IMG/VR virus record: IMGVR_UViG_3300045988_115788
Direction: 5' to 3' (one strand)
Length of the DNA: 64,000 bases
From: a virus
In this document: positions 10,256-19,736 of the stretch, one piece after another
Numbering within the stretch: position 1 is the first letter of the stretch
Layout: each line of letters opens with the position of its first letter
The notes under the pieces: generated by a model
The model's input: only the letters and a program-made list of their open reading frames with translations
Databases searched by the model: none
What the model was told of the DNA's origin: nothing
Position numbers and translations under genes: made by a program

Positions 10256-10525
10256 ATGGATGAATACATTGAGCGAGAAGCGCTAATAAACGCTATTGCT
10301 ACAAGCACGGAACCATTTACTACGGGACTTGTGTTTAGAGCAATCAACAACCAACCTGCCGCCGATGTGGCCTCGGTGAAAATTGGGTTTTGGAAAATTA
10401 GCGGCGTAAATCCAGCCAACAACGTAATAGGTAATTTTAAATGCTCATTATGTGCGAGAACTAGCCTGGAAGATAGTGATTATTGCCCGAACTGTGGAGC
10501 AAAGATGGAGGTGCAAAATGGTTGA
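10256..10525 (+). CDS. zinc-ribbon protein, paralog of 9924-10232
   Basis: Shares the N-terminal EY(I/F)xR(E/D)xLIxAI motif. C-terminal CSLC..CPNCG. Confidence 0.5.
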   Translation: MDEYIEREALINAIATSTEPFTTGLVFRAINNQPAADVASVKIGFWKISGVNPANNVIGNFKCSLCARTSLEDSDYCPNCGAKMEVQNG

Positions 10526-10712
10526 TATAAAGAAAAGAACGGAAGAGTTGCATGTAATCCTAGCCGAACTGGAGCGAGATATCGAAACGTTACAGGCAAA
10601 CATCTCAAAACTCCGTGAGGATATGGATAGCGTGAACGCGGAAACGGACCTAGCCGCGTTTGACAAAGCCCACAATTTAGAACGTGGCCTCAAGCATATT
10701 GAACTGTACTGA
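10518..10712 (+). CDS. small coiled-coil protein
   Basis: ATG 10518 lies 6 nt after GGAGGTG. The tool start at 10452 overlaps the previous gene. Confidence 0.4.
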   Translation: MVDIKKRTEELHVILAELERDIETLQANISKLREDMDSVNAETDLAAFDKAHNLERGLKHIELY

Positions 10713-10725
10713 GGGAGGGAATCGT

Positions 10726-11142
10726 ATGACGATTGAACAAGCTAGAGAGTGGCTCCAACGCCACGCCGACAATACGCCCATGCCTGAAGCGAGGGAGGTG
10801 TACAAGACGATTCTGGAGGCACTGCGATGGACTAGGTGGGTTCCGGTGGAGGAACGATTGCCAAAACCTGAAACCGAAGTGATGATTGTTTGCAATAGAA
10901 ATGGTAAGCGGTTTATTGCAACAGCAATCTATGAAGATGGAACACTGTTTGAAGAGGACAGCGATTGGTGCTGGAATGATATCTGGGAGTATGACCGTTA
11001 TGATGAAGAGCGTGACGATTACATCATTCCGGAGGGCTGGTGGGAAAGCAGATGCTTCACGCCGGACGATGTTTATAGCTGTTGGGTTGACTGCAAAGTA
11101 ACCCACTGGAGGCCGATGCCGGAACCGCCGTGGGTAGAATGA
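10726..11142 (+). CDS. DUF551-like protein
   Basis: ATG 10726 follows GAGGGAGGG. The W(V/I)PVEERLPKPE motif is typical of DUF551 phage proteins (from memory). Confidence 0.5.
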   Translation: MTIEQAREWLQRHADNTPMPEAREVYKTILEALRWTRWVPVEERLPKPETEVMIVCNRNGKRFIATAIYEDGTLFEEDSDWCWNDIWEYDRYDEERDDYIIPEGWWESRCFTPDDVYSCWVDCKVTHWRPMPEPPWVE

Positions 11143-11193
11143 TAACTAACACGTAACCGTGTTGGAATCGACACGGTTAGAAAGGAGAACAAA

Positions 11194-11406
11194 ATGAAAA
11201 AAATCGAACTTTTTCAGTGCGATATTTGCGGAACGCAATTCAAGGAAAAAGCTGATTGCGTGAAGTGTGAGAAAAACCATGAAAGTGGGAAAGATTTGTG
11301 CATAGCTAACGCTAGATTCCTCCCTTTCACACAAGATGCAAGCGGAATGCCTATCACTATCACGCTGATGGGCAAAAATGGTAATACGTATAAATATCGG
11401 CGATGA
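11194..11406 (+). CDS. hypothetical Cys-rich protein
   Basis: 70-aa ORF with RBS AAGGAG. Contains CDICG..CVKC. Confidence 0.45.
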   Translation: MKKIELFQCDICGTQFKEKADCVKCEKNHESGKDLCIANARFLPFTQDASGMPITITLMGKNGNTYKYRR

Positions 11407-11711
11407 AAGGGGATAAAATGAAATGCTGGGGAGATTTCCCAGCCATGGTAGCCTATGCTGCCTGCTATGAAGCCCTAGCGGAAGAGTGCATGGAGTTGGC
11501 CCACTGTGCCCTGAAACTCGCCAGAGTTTTGCGGGGAGATAACCCTGTTAAAGAGGGCGGAAGGAACTACCTGGATAAGTTGGACGAAGAATATACTGAT
11601 GTTATTTCCTGTGCTATTGCCCTGGAACTGAAACCCAATGCGGATATATCCGTTTGGAAGTGGGAGCGACACAAGAAGCGGTTGGAAGAAATGGAGAAAG
11701 ATAATTTTTGA
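11403..11711 (+). CDS. possible MazG-like nucleotide pyrophosphohydrolase
   Basis: Helical about 100-aa protein with EExxE and EEYxD acidic motifs. An alternative start is ATG 11418. Weak assignment. Confidence 0.35.
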   Translation: MKGDKMKCWGDFPAMVAYAACYEALAEECMELAHCALKLARVLRGDNPVKEGGRNYLDKLDEEYTDVISCAIALELKPNADISVWKWERHKKRLEEMEKDNF

Positions 11712-11736
11712 CATATCGTGAATAGAGGAGAATAAT

Positions 11737-11955
11737 ATTATAACAATTAAAGACATTATAAAAATATTATCTGCGTATATACCAGAAACAGAAGTAAAGA
11801 TAACTAGCGGCCCTTTTATCAGTGAAATTGTTGATATACGACCAATCACGGATATAGATACTAATAAGACCTATATGTGTATCTATGGAGACAAAGATGT
11901 TTTCACCAAGTATGAAAACATGGGGGTCTTTTACAATAAGAGAACACGAGATTAA
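11737..11955 (+). CDS. possible small ORF lacking a canonical start codon (ATT/ATA after GGAG)
   Basis: The frame is open from 11722 to the TAA at 11953-11955 in a 360-nt gap otherwise covered only by antisense ORFs. GGAG lies 6 nt upstream of ATT 11737. There is no ATG/GTG/TTG near the head. Confidence 0.25.
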   Translation: MITIKDIIKILSAYIPETEVKITSGPFISEIVDIRPITDIDTNKTYMCIYGDKDVFTKYENMGVFYNKRTRD

Positions 11956-11996
11956 CAATAATTTACATCTTTGTTCATATTGAGTTCATATTTATG

Positions 11997-12005
11997 TGAT
12001 ATAAT
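11997..12005 (+). promoter_or_regulatory. extended -10 promoter element upstream of nrdD
   Basis: TGaTATAAT at 11997-12005. The -35 is poor (TTGAGT with a 14-nt spacer). Confidence 0.4.
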
Positions 12006-12071
12006 GCAATAAAAATAAAAAGGTTGTCGGCGTAGGAATGACAACTTATTTTGTATAAGGAGTGATATTTA

Positions 12072-13256
12072 TTGGTACAAGTAATCAAACGTAACGGAGA
12101 TGTTGTTGATTTTCAACGAGACAAAATTTCTGTTGCAATCCAAAAGGCAATGAAAGAAGTTAGAGATGAAATCAATACTTATGAAGTCAGAGCAATAACT
12201 GATAAAGTAATTGACTCTATTGAACAACGAAAAGAAAATATTAATGTAGAAGAAATTCAAGATATTGTAGAACGTGCGCTTATGACTAGCGGCATGAAGG
12301 ATGTGGCGAAGAGTTACATTACTTATCGCTATTTGCATGGTCTTATTCGAGAATCAAACACTACTGATAGGACTATTAAAGAACTTATCAATGGTGAAAG
12401 CGAATATTGGAACAGTGAAAACAGCAATAAAAATCCAACACTTGTTACTACTCAAAGAGATTATATCGCAGGAATCACAAGTACAGATATTGCTAGACGT
12501 TTTTTACTACCCAAAGATGTTGTTGAAGCACATGATAAGGGCATTATTCATTTCCATGATATTGACTATTTTGCGCAAAAAAGTTTGACGAACTGTGAAT
12601 TAGTAAATCTTGAGGACATGTTGCAAAACGGAACGGTAGTCAATGGAGTTGGCATTGATAAGCCCCATAAGTTGCTTACTGCCGCTACAATCGCTACACA
12701 GATTATTGCAGCAGTAACAAGTTCTACTTATGGTGGGTGTACTATTAACCTTTCTCATTTGGCTCCATTCGTAAGAGATAGTTACAATATTTATTACAAA
12801 AAGTATGAGCAACGAGGTTTTAGTCCAAGTGAATGCCAAAAGTGGGCAGAGCAAGATACTAAGAAGGAAATTGAAGACGCAGTTCAAACCTTTAATTATC
12901 AAACTAATTCCATGACTAATACCAATGGCCAAGCTCCATTCTTGTCTGTGTTCATGTATCTCAATGACAATCCAGAATATATCAAAGAGACAGCAGCATT
13001 GATTAAGGAATTCTTTAATCAACGTATTCTAGGATTTAAGAACGAAGTTGGCCAATATATCACACCAGCCTTTCCAAAGCTATTGTATGTTTTGGATGAC
13101 AATAACATTACCGAGGATTCTGAATATTGGTATCTTACCCAACTTGCAGCAAAATGTACTGCTAAAAGAATGGTACCAGATTATATCTCTGCAAAAATTA
13201 TGCGAAGAGATAAAGTTGATAAGAATGGTAATGGTAATGTCTATGGCTGCATGGGT
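12072..13256 (+). CDS. nrdD: anaerobic ribonucleoside-triphosphate reductase NrdD, exon 1
   Basis: TTG start after AGGAG. ATP-cone-like N-terminus. The coding sense stops matching NrdD after ..NVYGCMG (13256), and an in-frame stop follows soon after. Confidence 0.85.
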
Positions 13257-13570
13257 CAGCGTAAACTACAGCTCATGTAAAATCCTTTGAACCGTGCTAA
13301 CGGGTGTCTATATGATATTTATTATATAGGCTAACGGTTAGGTCTTAATAACCCATTACACTATTAAGATGAGACCGTGGGAAGTTTAATCTTGCCACTT
13401 TATGACAAAGATTGAAAACCTGTATCGACCATCCCTGATGAATGTATGGGAGTAGGGCTGGAGATAAGCACCAGCAGTGTTTTAGGAAACGAAGCACTTG
13501 AAAACCAAAGCGGAGGACTATCGAAAGATAGAAGATATGGTCAGTGCCAATGGTGACATTGGATAACATG
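13257..13570 (+). mobile_element. group I intron (ORF-less) in nrdD
   Basis: 314 nt split the conserved GCMG|CRSFL. The 5' exon ends in U. An internal guide GCUCAUG (13271-13277) can pair with exon CAUGGGU, giving a U.G pair at the splice site. R-like GAGGACUAUCG (13513-13523) and S-like AAGAUAUGGUC (13532-13542) are present. The last nucleotide is G. Confidence 0.8.
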
Positions 13571-14467
13571 TGTAGAAGTTTTTTGACACCTTATGTAGAT
13601 GAGAATAACAAACCGAAATATTGGGGTCGATATAATCAGGGCGTCGTAACAATAAATCTTGTAGACGTTGCATTGTCTTCTGGCGGAGACTTTGATAAGT
13701 TTTGGCATTTGTTTGAAGAACGGACAGAATTATGTCACAAAGCATTACAGTGTAGACATGAACGAATTGCATTAGCTACATCTGATGTAGCTCCTATTTT
13801 ATGGCAACATGGCGCATTAGCAAGATTGCCAAAAGGAGCGCCAATTCACCCATTACTTCATAATGGCTATTCTACGCTCTCCCTCGGCTACGCTGGATTG
13901 TATGAGTGCGTTAAATATATGACCGGCGAATCTCATTCCCATGGAAAAGGATTTGATTTTGGCATTAAAGTTATGCAAGCACTCAATGATAAGTGTGCTA
14001 AATGGAAAGAGGCAGAAAAGATTGACTACTCGCTTTACGGCTCCCCCATTGAAAGCACTACCTACAAGTTTGCAAAATGCTTAAAAACAAGATTCGGCGA
14101 AATTAAAGACATTACAGACCATGATTACGTCACAAACAGCTATCATATTAATGTTCGTGAAGTAATTGACCCATTTGACAAACTTGCTATTGAGGCCAAA
14201 TATCAAAAATTAAGCCCTGGCGGAGCAATTAGCTATATTGAATGTGCCGATTTGACCAATAATATTCCTGCGGTTCTTGAAGTAATTAAATTCATTTATG
14301 ACAATATCATGTATGCAGAACTTAACACAAAAAGCGATTATTGCCAAGTATGCGGTTACGAACATGAAATTGAAATTATTGATGAAGATGGAGAACTTAA
14401 ATGGCGTTGTCCAAATTGCGGCAATGAAGACCAAAACAAGATGAATGTCGCTCGGAGGACTTGCGGT
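13571..14467 (+). CDS. nrdD: NrdD, exon 2
   Basis: Begins CRSFLTPY.., contains the C-terminal zinc ribbon CQVCG..CPNCG, and ends ..ARRTCG at a U (14467). Confidence 0.85.
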
Positions 14468-15348
14468 AAAGATATTGCCGCAGTAAAATGACTTAAATTC
14501 AGAGGAAACCTAAATCTTATATAGACATGGCAATTCTGAGCCAAGCTGATTTATATTATTTTATTATAGAAAGAGGTGATAATGGTGTTAGAACACAAAT
14601 GCGAAGTATGTGGTAGATTATATAGAAAAAAACTAAAAGCAGATGGGAAAATTGTATGTAATAAACATTATAAACAATTTAAAAAATATGGCAAATTTAC
14701 AGACCATTCCCCAAGAATACAAACGGACAAAAATAATATTACAATCGTTGGAGATTTAGCGTATATTGATTTATACGATAAACATTATGAAGTTATTGCA
14801 CAGGCAATAATTGACGCAGAAGATGTTAATCTTGTTAAGAATATTAAATGGAGATTGAATGGCAACGGATATGTTATGAACAATTCCTCAAAGCATACGA
14901 CATTTTTACATTCTTTGATAATGCATACTAAAGAATTAGTAGACCACAAAGATACTAATACACTAAACAACACAAAAGAAAATTTAAGAATCGCAACTAA
15001 AAGTCAAAACCAAATGAATGTAAATTATAAAGGATATTATCTGGTTAACAATAAATGGATTGTGCATATTAAGTTACATCAAAAGCAATTACATCTTGGA
15101 GTGTATTATATAGAAGAAGAGGCGCAATATGCAAGATGGTATGCGGAAAGAATTGTGTTCAAGGAATTTGCTTATCCAAAAGAAGAGCCATACATCCCAG
15201 AACATAGAAAAGCTCAAATACAAGAATATATAAATCAGAAGGTGCAGAGACTATAATAGTCACTATTGTCCTAACAATTAAAATGTATGGGAAATAGAAG
15301 GTATAGTCCACTCCCCTAATAAATATCGGGAAACCGAGGGTACAAAGG
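14468..15348 (+). mobile_element. group I intron with HNH homing-endonuclease ORF, in the nrdD glycyl-radical motif
   Basis: Splits RRTCG|YIGS. A guide GCCGCA (14477-14482) pairs with exon UUGCGGU (U.G at the splice site). R-like GCAGAGACUAUA (15244-15255) and S-like AAGGUAUAGUCC (15298-15309) are present. Ends in G (15348). Confidence 0.8.
14582..15256 (+). CDS. HNH homing endonuclease with AP2-like DNA-binding domain (intron-encoded)
   Basis: ATG 14582 follows AAGAGGTG. Motif HKDTNTLNNTKENLRIATKSQN (HNH_3 type) and an AP2-like YKGYYL..KWIVHI..LHLGVY segment. Confidence 0.75.
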   Translation: MVLEHKCEVCGRLYRKKLKADGKIVCNKHYKQFKKYGKFTDHSPRIQTDKNNITIVGDLAYIDLYDKHYEVIAQAIIDAEDVNLVKNIKWRLNGNGYVMNNSSKHTTFLHSLIMHTKELVDHKDTNTLNNTKENLRIATKSQNQMNVNYKGYYLVNNKWIVHIKLHQKQLHLGVYYIEEEAQYARWYAERIVFKEFAYPKEEPYIPEHRKAQIQEYINQKVQRL

Positions 15349-15438
15349 TATATTGGTTCTCAATTTTGGAATCAAGGACGCACAGAAGAAATCAAGGACA
15401 GATATGTTCATTTAGATAACCACTCTTTGGAGGAATAA
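15349..15438 (+). CDS. nrdD: NrdD, exon 3 (glycyl-radical C-terminus)
   Basis: Hand translation gives YIGSQFWNQGRTEEIKDRYVHLDNHSLEE*. Joined to exon 2 it restores RRTCGYIGS, matching the RVCGY glycyl-radical consensus. Confidence 0.8.
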   Translation, partial: YIGSQFWNQGRTEEIKDRYVHLDNHSLEE

Positions 15439-15439
15439 A

Positions 15440-15988
15440 ATGAATTATTCTTTAATTAACAAAGTAGATATAGTAAATGGCCCAGGAATCAGAATTTCCC
15501 TTTTTGTTTCTGGCTGTAATAGACATTGTAAAAACTGTTACAACAAAGAAGCGCAAAATTTTGATAACGGAGAACCTTTTACTCAAGAAACATATAAAAC
15601 AATCTTAGAACATGTAGCAAAGACTCATTGTTCTGGACTATCCATTTTAGGCGGCGAACCATTAGACCAAGACGCAAATGGGTTAATCGCTTTATTTGAA
15701 CTTGTGCAAGACGTACACAAGCTAGGTAAAACTGTGTGGCTATGGACAGGATATACTTGGCAAGAAGTGTTTGATAAAATTGTAACAGACCCCAAAGCTT
15801 GTAATATGCGCCCTTATCTTCAACAAACTTTACTGTCTGAAGTTGATGTTGTAGTCGATGGGCCTTTTGTTGAAGATAGTAAAGACTTGTCTTTAGCTTT
15901 TAGAGGTAGCTCAAATCAAGGCATCATTGACGTGAAAAAGACTTTAGCAAACGAATACATTACTTTAGTTGAATATATGATTAGATAA
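15440..15988 (+). CDS. nrdG: anaerobic RNR activating protein NrdG (radical SAM)
   Basis: CNRHCKNCYN (CxxxCxxC) cluster and GGEPL motif. Lies immediately downstream of nrdD. Confidence 0.9.
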   Translation: MNYSLINKVDIVNGPGIRISLFVSGCNRHCKNCYNKEAQNFDNGEPFTQETYKTILEHVAKTHCSGLSILGGEPLDQDANGLIALFELVQDVHKLGKTVWLWTGYTWQEVFDKIVTDPKACNMRPYLQQTLLSEVDVVVDGPFVEDSKDLSLAFRGSSNQGIIDVKKTLANEYITLVEYMIR

Positions 15989-15997
15989 TTTATACAA

Positions 15998-16034
15998 GGA
16001 GCTGGGAGAAATCCTGGCTCCTTTTGTTTATTTT
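15998..16034 (+). terminator. rho-independent terminator
   Basis: 10-bp stem GGAGCTGGGA/TCCTGGCTCC (two G.U pairs), GAAA loop, followed by TTTTGTTTATTTT. Confidence 0.7.
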
Positions 16035-16039
16035 GACGA

Positions 16040-16068
16040 TTGACTTTTATGAGATGAGATGATATTAT
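16040..16068 (+). promoter_or_regulatory. sigma-70/SigA-type promoter with extended -10
   Basis: TTGACT (16040-16045), 17-nt spacer, TGaTATTAT (16060-16068). Confidence 0.55.
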
Positions 16069-16100
16069 ATAATCAAGCTAAACAAAGGAGGAAACAATCA

Positions 16101-16664
16101 ATGATTGAAATTAGAAAGGGTGGCACTTTAAGAACAACATGGGAAGAATTGAAAATCAACATTAAAAACAACACCAGTTCACTAAATGTTGGAGATGAGC
16201 TTGACATCGTATTAAAGACTGGTGAGAATGTCACGCTAGTATGTGAGTATGTGGGATATAAATATACGACATTTTTTACAAAGAATCTACTCGAAGACAC
16301 TCATTGCATGAATGAAAACTGGGGCGCAGACAATGAAAAGTGTCTTAGTACGATGGGGTCTTATCTTAGCAAACTATTCTATTTATTGCCAGACGATTTA
16401 CAAAAAGTTGTAACTGGGCCACTTCGTCTATTACACGAGAGAGAAGTTTTTGGAAAAGATGAATATGGAGAGAAGGAAGGGTATGAAACACTTCCTCGTT
16501 ACCTCAAAAAGGAAAATAGGATTAAGACATTGAGCGGTATTCCGTTTCCATATTGGGTGACATCAACAAACTCAGAAATTTTTCCTATTGTGAGTAAAGA
16601 CGGCGATAAAAGTGAGCTCAGTGCCAGTGATGGTTGTGGCGTGTGCTTCGGCTTTGATATCTAA
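16101..16664 (+). CDS. hypothetical protein
   Basis: ATG 16101 lies 8 nt after AGGAGG. The tool start at 16059 lies within the promoter. Confidence 0.5.
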   Translation: MIEIRKGGTLRTTWEELKINIKNNTSSLNVGDELDIVLKTGENVTLVCEYVGYKYTTFFTKNLLEDTHCMNENWGADNEKCLSTMGSYLSKLFYLLPDDLQKVVTGPLRLLHEREVFGKDEYGEKEGYETLPRYLKKENRIKTLSGIPFPYWVTSTNSEIFPIVSKDGDKSELSASDGCGVCFGFDI

Positions 16665-16713
16665 TCTAACAATCGTGTGACCTTGTAGCCCAAATAGGAG
16701 GAATACATTTGAA

Positions 16714-18030
16714 ATGAAAACAATGAAATTAGGTAGCTTGTTTGATGGTTCTGGTGGGTTTCCACTTACCGCCTGCTTGTGTGGAATAATACCAGTCTGG
16801 GCCAGCGAAGTTGAGCCGTATCCGATAGCTGTCACACGGAATAGATTTCCAGAGATGAAACATTTAGGAAATGTTAGTACAGTAAACGGTGCTGACATCG
16901 AACCCGTGGACATCATCACCTTCGGCAGCCCGTGCCAGGACATGAGCATGGCTGGTCGGAGAGACGGCTTGGATGGAAAGCGTTCTAGTCTTTTTTATGA
17001 AGCTGTCCGAATTATTAAAGAAATGAGGTGTGCCACTAATGGCAAATATCCAAGATACATCGTATGGGAAAATGTTCCTGGAGCTTTCTCCTCAAACAGA
17101 GGAGAGGATTTCAAAGCCGTCCTCGAAGCGGTCATTGGAATTGTCGAACCGAACACCCAGGTGCCTATGCCTGAAAAAGCACGATGGCCCTACGCCGACC
17201 TTTACATGGGAGACGGATGGAGTCTTGCGTACCGAACTCTTGACGCTCAATACTGGGGAGTCCCCCAACGCCGTCGTAGAATCTACCTTGTCGCAGATTT
17301 TACAGGCAGAGGTGCCGGAAAAATACTATTTGAGCGCGAGGGCCTGCAAGGGTATTTTACAGAGGGCAGAACGCCGTGGGAAACCGTTTCCAGAAGTTTT
17401 GCGCCTCGCACTGGAGTGGCAAGCAACCTCTGCCTAAACGACCAAGGCGGGAACCGCATGGAATGTTCCGAAGGAGTGGCACCTACACTCCGTGCGGAAG
17501 CTCATGGTCACCAGCCCTGTGTCCTACGGTCGGCAGGATTTTGCCCTGAAGTCTCTGCCAAAACCAGAGGCATTGGTTGGGGAGTTGAGCGTTCACCCAC
17601 GCTTCGTGCAGGTGCTGTTCCCGCCGTTAATGTACAAGAAAATCATTCAACTGTCTTTGCTCAGAGCCACAAAGACCCTCCGACCGTGACGGAAGGGCCA
17701 CAGTACATTGTCCGCAGACTTACTCCAACAGAATGTGCAAGGCTACAGGGATTCCCCGATGAGTGGGGAGAAGTTGGTATGATGAGTGATTTCTCCGACA
17801 CGGACTATCAGTTTTGGCTTGGTGTGCGTAATACATACGCTACTATTAACGGCAAGGCAATCAAAGACTATACTAAACCACAAATGTTAACATGGTATAA
17901 CAAACTACACACAGACGGTGCGGAATACAAAATGTGGGGAAATGGTATTGCCCTTCCTACCGCCCTATATGTGATGCAGGGAATTGCGGATTACTCAAAA
18001 GGCAAAAAGGAGGCAGATTATGAAGCGTGA
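16714..18030 (+). CDS. dcm: DNA (cytosine-5) methyltransferase
   Basis: Motif I LFDGSGG, motif IV GSPCQDMS, motif VI ENVPG, motif VIII QRRRRIYLV, motif X GNGIALP. The gene is noticeably more GC-rich than its surroundings. Confidence 0.9.
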   Translation: MKTMKLGSLFDGSGGFPLTACLCGIIPVWASEVEPYPIAVTRNRFPEMKHLGNVSTVNGADIEPVDIITFGSPCQDMSMAGRRDGLDGKRSSLFYEAVRIIKEMRCATNGKYPRYIVWENVPGAFSSNRGEDFKAVLEAVIGIVEPNTQVPMPEKARWPYADLYMGDGWSLAYRTLDAQYWGVPQRRRRIYLVADFTGRGAGKILFEREGLQGYFTEGRTPWETVSRSFAPRTGVASNLCLNDQGGNRMECSEGVAPTLRAEAHGHQPCVLRSAGFCPEVSAKTRGIGWGVERSPTLRAGAVPAVNVQENHSTVFAQSHKDPPTVTEGPQYIVRRLTPTECARLQGFPDEWGEVGMMSDFSDTDYQFWLGVRNTYATINGKAIKDYTKPQMLTWYNKLHTDGAEYKMWGNGIALPTALYVMQGIADYSKGKKEADYEA

Positions 18031-18241
18031 GGATATGGAGCAACTTCCAGAATTGGAAATCAACAGGATAGCCATGAAGAAAAATGCCAACGGAGTAGCA
18101 ACAAAAGACGCTAAAATGGCCCAGCGAATCATGTACGAACGCTTGCATTGGCCCTGTCCAACCGCACCAAGCCAGCACTGCGATGGGCATGGAAATAAAT
18201 ACACAAAAACTGGTGTGCGTTATGGGGACACTTACGATTAA
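18020..18241 (+). CDS. hypothetical protein
   Basis: ATG 18020 follows AGGAGG and overlaps the dcm end. GC-rich like dcm. Confidence 0.4.
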   Translation: MKREDMEQLPELEINRIAMKKNANGVATKDAKMAQRIMYERLHWPCPTAPSQHCDGHGNKYTKTGVRYGDTYD

Positions 18242-18256
18242 AGGAGGTAAAAAACA

Positions 18257-18484
18257 ATGACCGAAACAAAAAAATTAGAATGGGCGGTTAATCATCCAAA
18301 ATGGGTAGTGGAACACGGCACATTCCTTGACAATTATCCAGGTAGTGATGATTACAATATCTATCAAGTTTACGAAGAAGAAACAAATGTTACAACACTT
18401 TTTGTTGTAGCTTTTGAGGATTCTTTCATGGAAGAACCAGTAAATTGTTATCCCTTGACTCAAATTGGAGATAGACCTTTATGA
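18257..18484 (+). CDS. hypothetical protein
   Basis: 75-aa ORF after AGGAGG. Confidence 0.45.
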   Translation: MTETKKLEWAVNHPKWVVEHGTFLDNYPGSDDYNIYQVYEEETNVTTLFVVAFEDSFMEEPVNCYPLTQIGDRPL

Positions 18485-18975
18485 AGAAAATGAACAATAA
18501 GTATGAAGCAAGAATTTTTCCAAACGGAAGAGTTGTGTGTTATGAAAGAAAAGACCTAGACGATGCCATCAACGCAGGAAAGGAATTGTTAATTGTTTGT
18601 AATTGTCATACAGGCGGGTTTACTGAAGCGATTGGAGCTACTGAAGAACCTGAAAGAATAAGATATAGCGATTATATTCATGAACAGGTATTTACAGGAG
18701 AGGAAATGGCCAAATTCCATAAAATTATTTTTACCGAAGGAGAAAAGATTTTTGATGCCGACTTTGATTATGCCACCCAATATGACTCTATTTACCATTG
18801 TTTTTATGATGGCGATAGGAAAATGCAAATAGACGAAAAAACAACTGCGCGTTGTCTTTACAAAGAACAAGTAAAAGCAATGATTGAAATTGGCCTCCTC
18901 ACTGAAAAAGCATTAGATTACTGTATTCAAACTCCTGTTCCCGTCAAAAGTTCAGTGGATTATTGCTCTGGTTAA
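18481..18975 (+). CDS. hypothetical protein
   Basis: 164-aa ORF with an ATGA overlap with the upstream gene. Confidence 0.5.
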   Translation: MKKMNNKYEARIFPNGRVVCYERKDLDDAINAGKELLIVCNCHTGGFTEAIGATEEPERIRYSDYIHEQVFTGEEMAKFHKIIFTEGEKIFDADFDYATQYDSIYHCFYDGDRKMQIDEKTTARCLYKEQVKAMIEIGLLTEKALDYCIQTPVPVKSSVDYCSG

Positions 18976-18987
18976 AAGAAGGCAAAT

Positions 18988-19209
18988 ATGCTACAAGAAC
19001 TTACACCTGAATCAATTCGTAAACAAGGCGATTTAATATATGAAAATGTTTTCACAACTTATGGGGAAGGCGAACCATTAGTATGCAGTGAGTGCAACTT
19101 TGCTATGGCTTCTACCATCGGCGAAGAAATTTGGCTGTTAAAAAATAGTCTATATATTATTACTTATGCCAATAATCCAGACAATATTATTGATATTGTA
19201 GAATTGTAA
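18988..19209 (+). CDS. hypothetical protein
   Basis: 73-aa ORF. Confidence 0.4.
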   Translation: MLQELTPESIRKQGDLIYENVFTTYGEGEPLVCSECNFAMASTIGEEIWLLKNSLYIITYANNPDNIIDIVEL

Positions 19210-19274
19210 AATTCATTAAAAAATCATTGGCAAAATATAAAAATGTAGCACACTAAAAACGAAAGGAGAATAAG

Positions 19275-19736
19275 ATGCTACGAAAGTTGCTTACTTATGA
19301 AGAAGCAAAAGCAAGACAATGGCATTATGAAGATAAAATTGAGCAAGACAAGGTATATGGCTTGCCTAAAGATTGGTATGGTTGGGACGAACCAATCAAT
19401 GTGACGTTGCTTAAAGAACCTCACATTAAAAATATGCCGGTTTATGTATTTAGAAGCTACTATCTTCCTGCTTGGCTTTTTGAAGGCGAAACTTATGAAA
19501 TGTTTGTACCTTCTTTTGAAGTAGCAAAAGAACTCGAAAGAAGATATGAACCAGAGTCTAGCAAAGATAGTAGCACTTGTCTTGGCGTTCCGATTAGTTG
19601 GGAAGGCTGGAACAGTTATTGCAAATGGACAGAATACGATTCATTTAACAACTGCTATTTAATCGAGGGTTCTTGGTGGATGCCGTATTGGTTACTCTGT
19701 CCTCATAAAACTATTAACTACGAGGTGTGGAAATGA
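19275..19736 (+). CDS. hypothetical protein
   Basis: 153-aa Trp-rich ORF after AAGGAG. Confidence 0.5.
   Translation: MLRKLLTYEEAKARQWHYEDKIEQDKVYGLPKDWYGWDEPINVTLLKEPHIKNMPVYVFRSYYLPAWLFEGETYEMFVPSFEVAKELERRYEPESSKDSSTCLGVPISWEGWNSYCKWTEYDSFNNCYLIEGSWWMPYWLLCPHKTINYEVWK

Noticed and set aside
12301-13290. ORFs 12301-12588 (+), 12600-13022 (-) and 13048-13290 (+) within nrdD exon 1
   Set aside because: They are alternative frames or strands of a strongly supported NrdD coding region.
17030-17689. ORFs 17030-17437 and 17492-17689 (+) inside dcm
   Set aside because: They are out-of-frame ORFs favoured by the high GC of dcm. All the methyltransferase motifs lie in the 16714-18030 frame.
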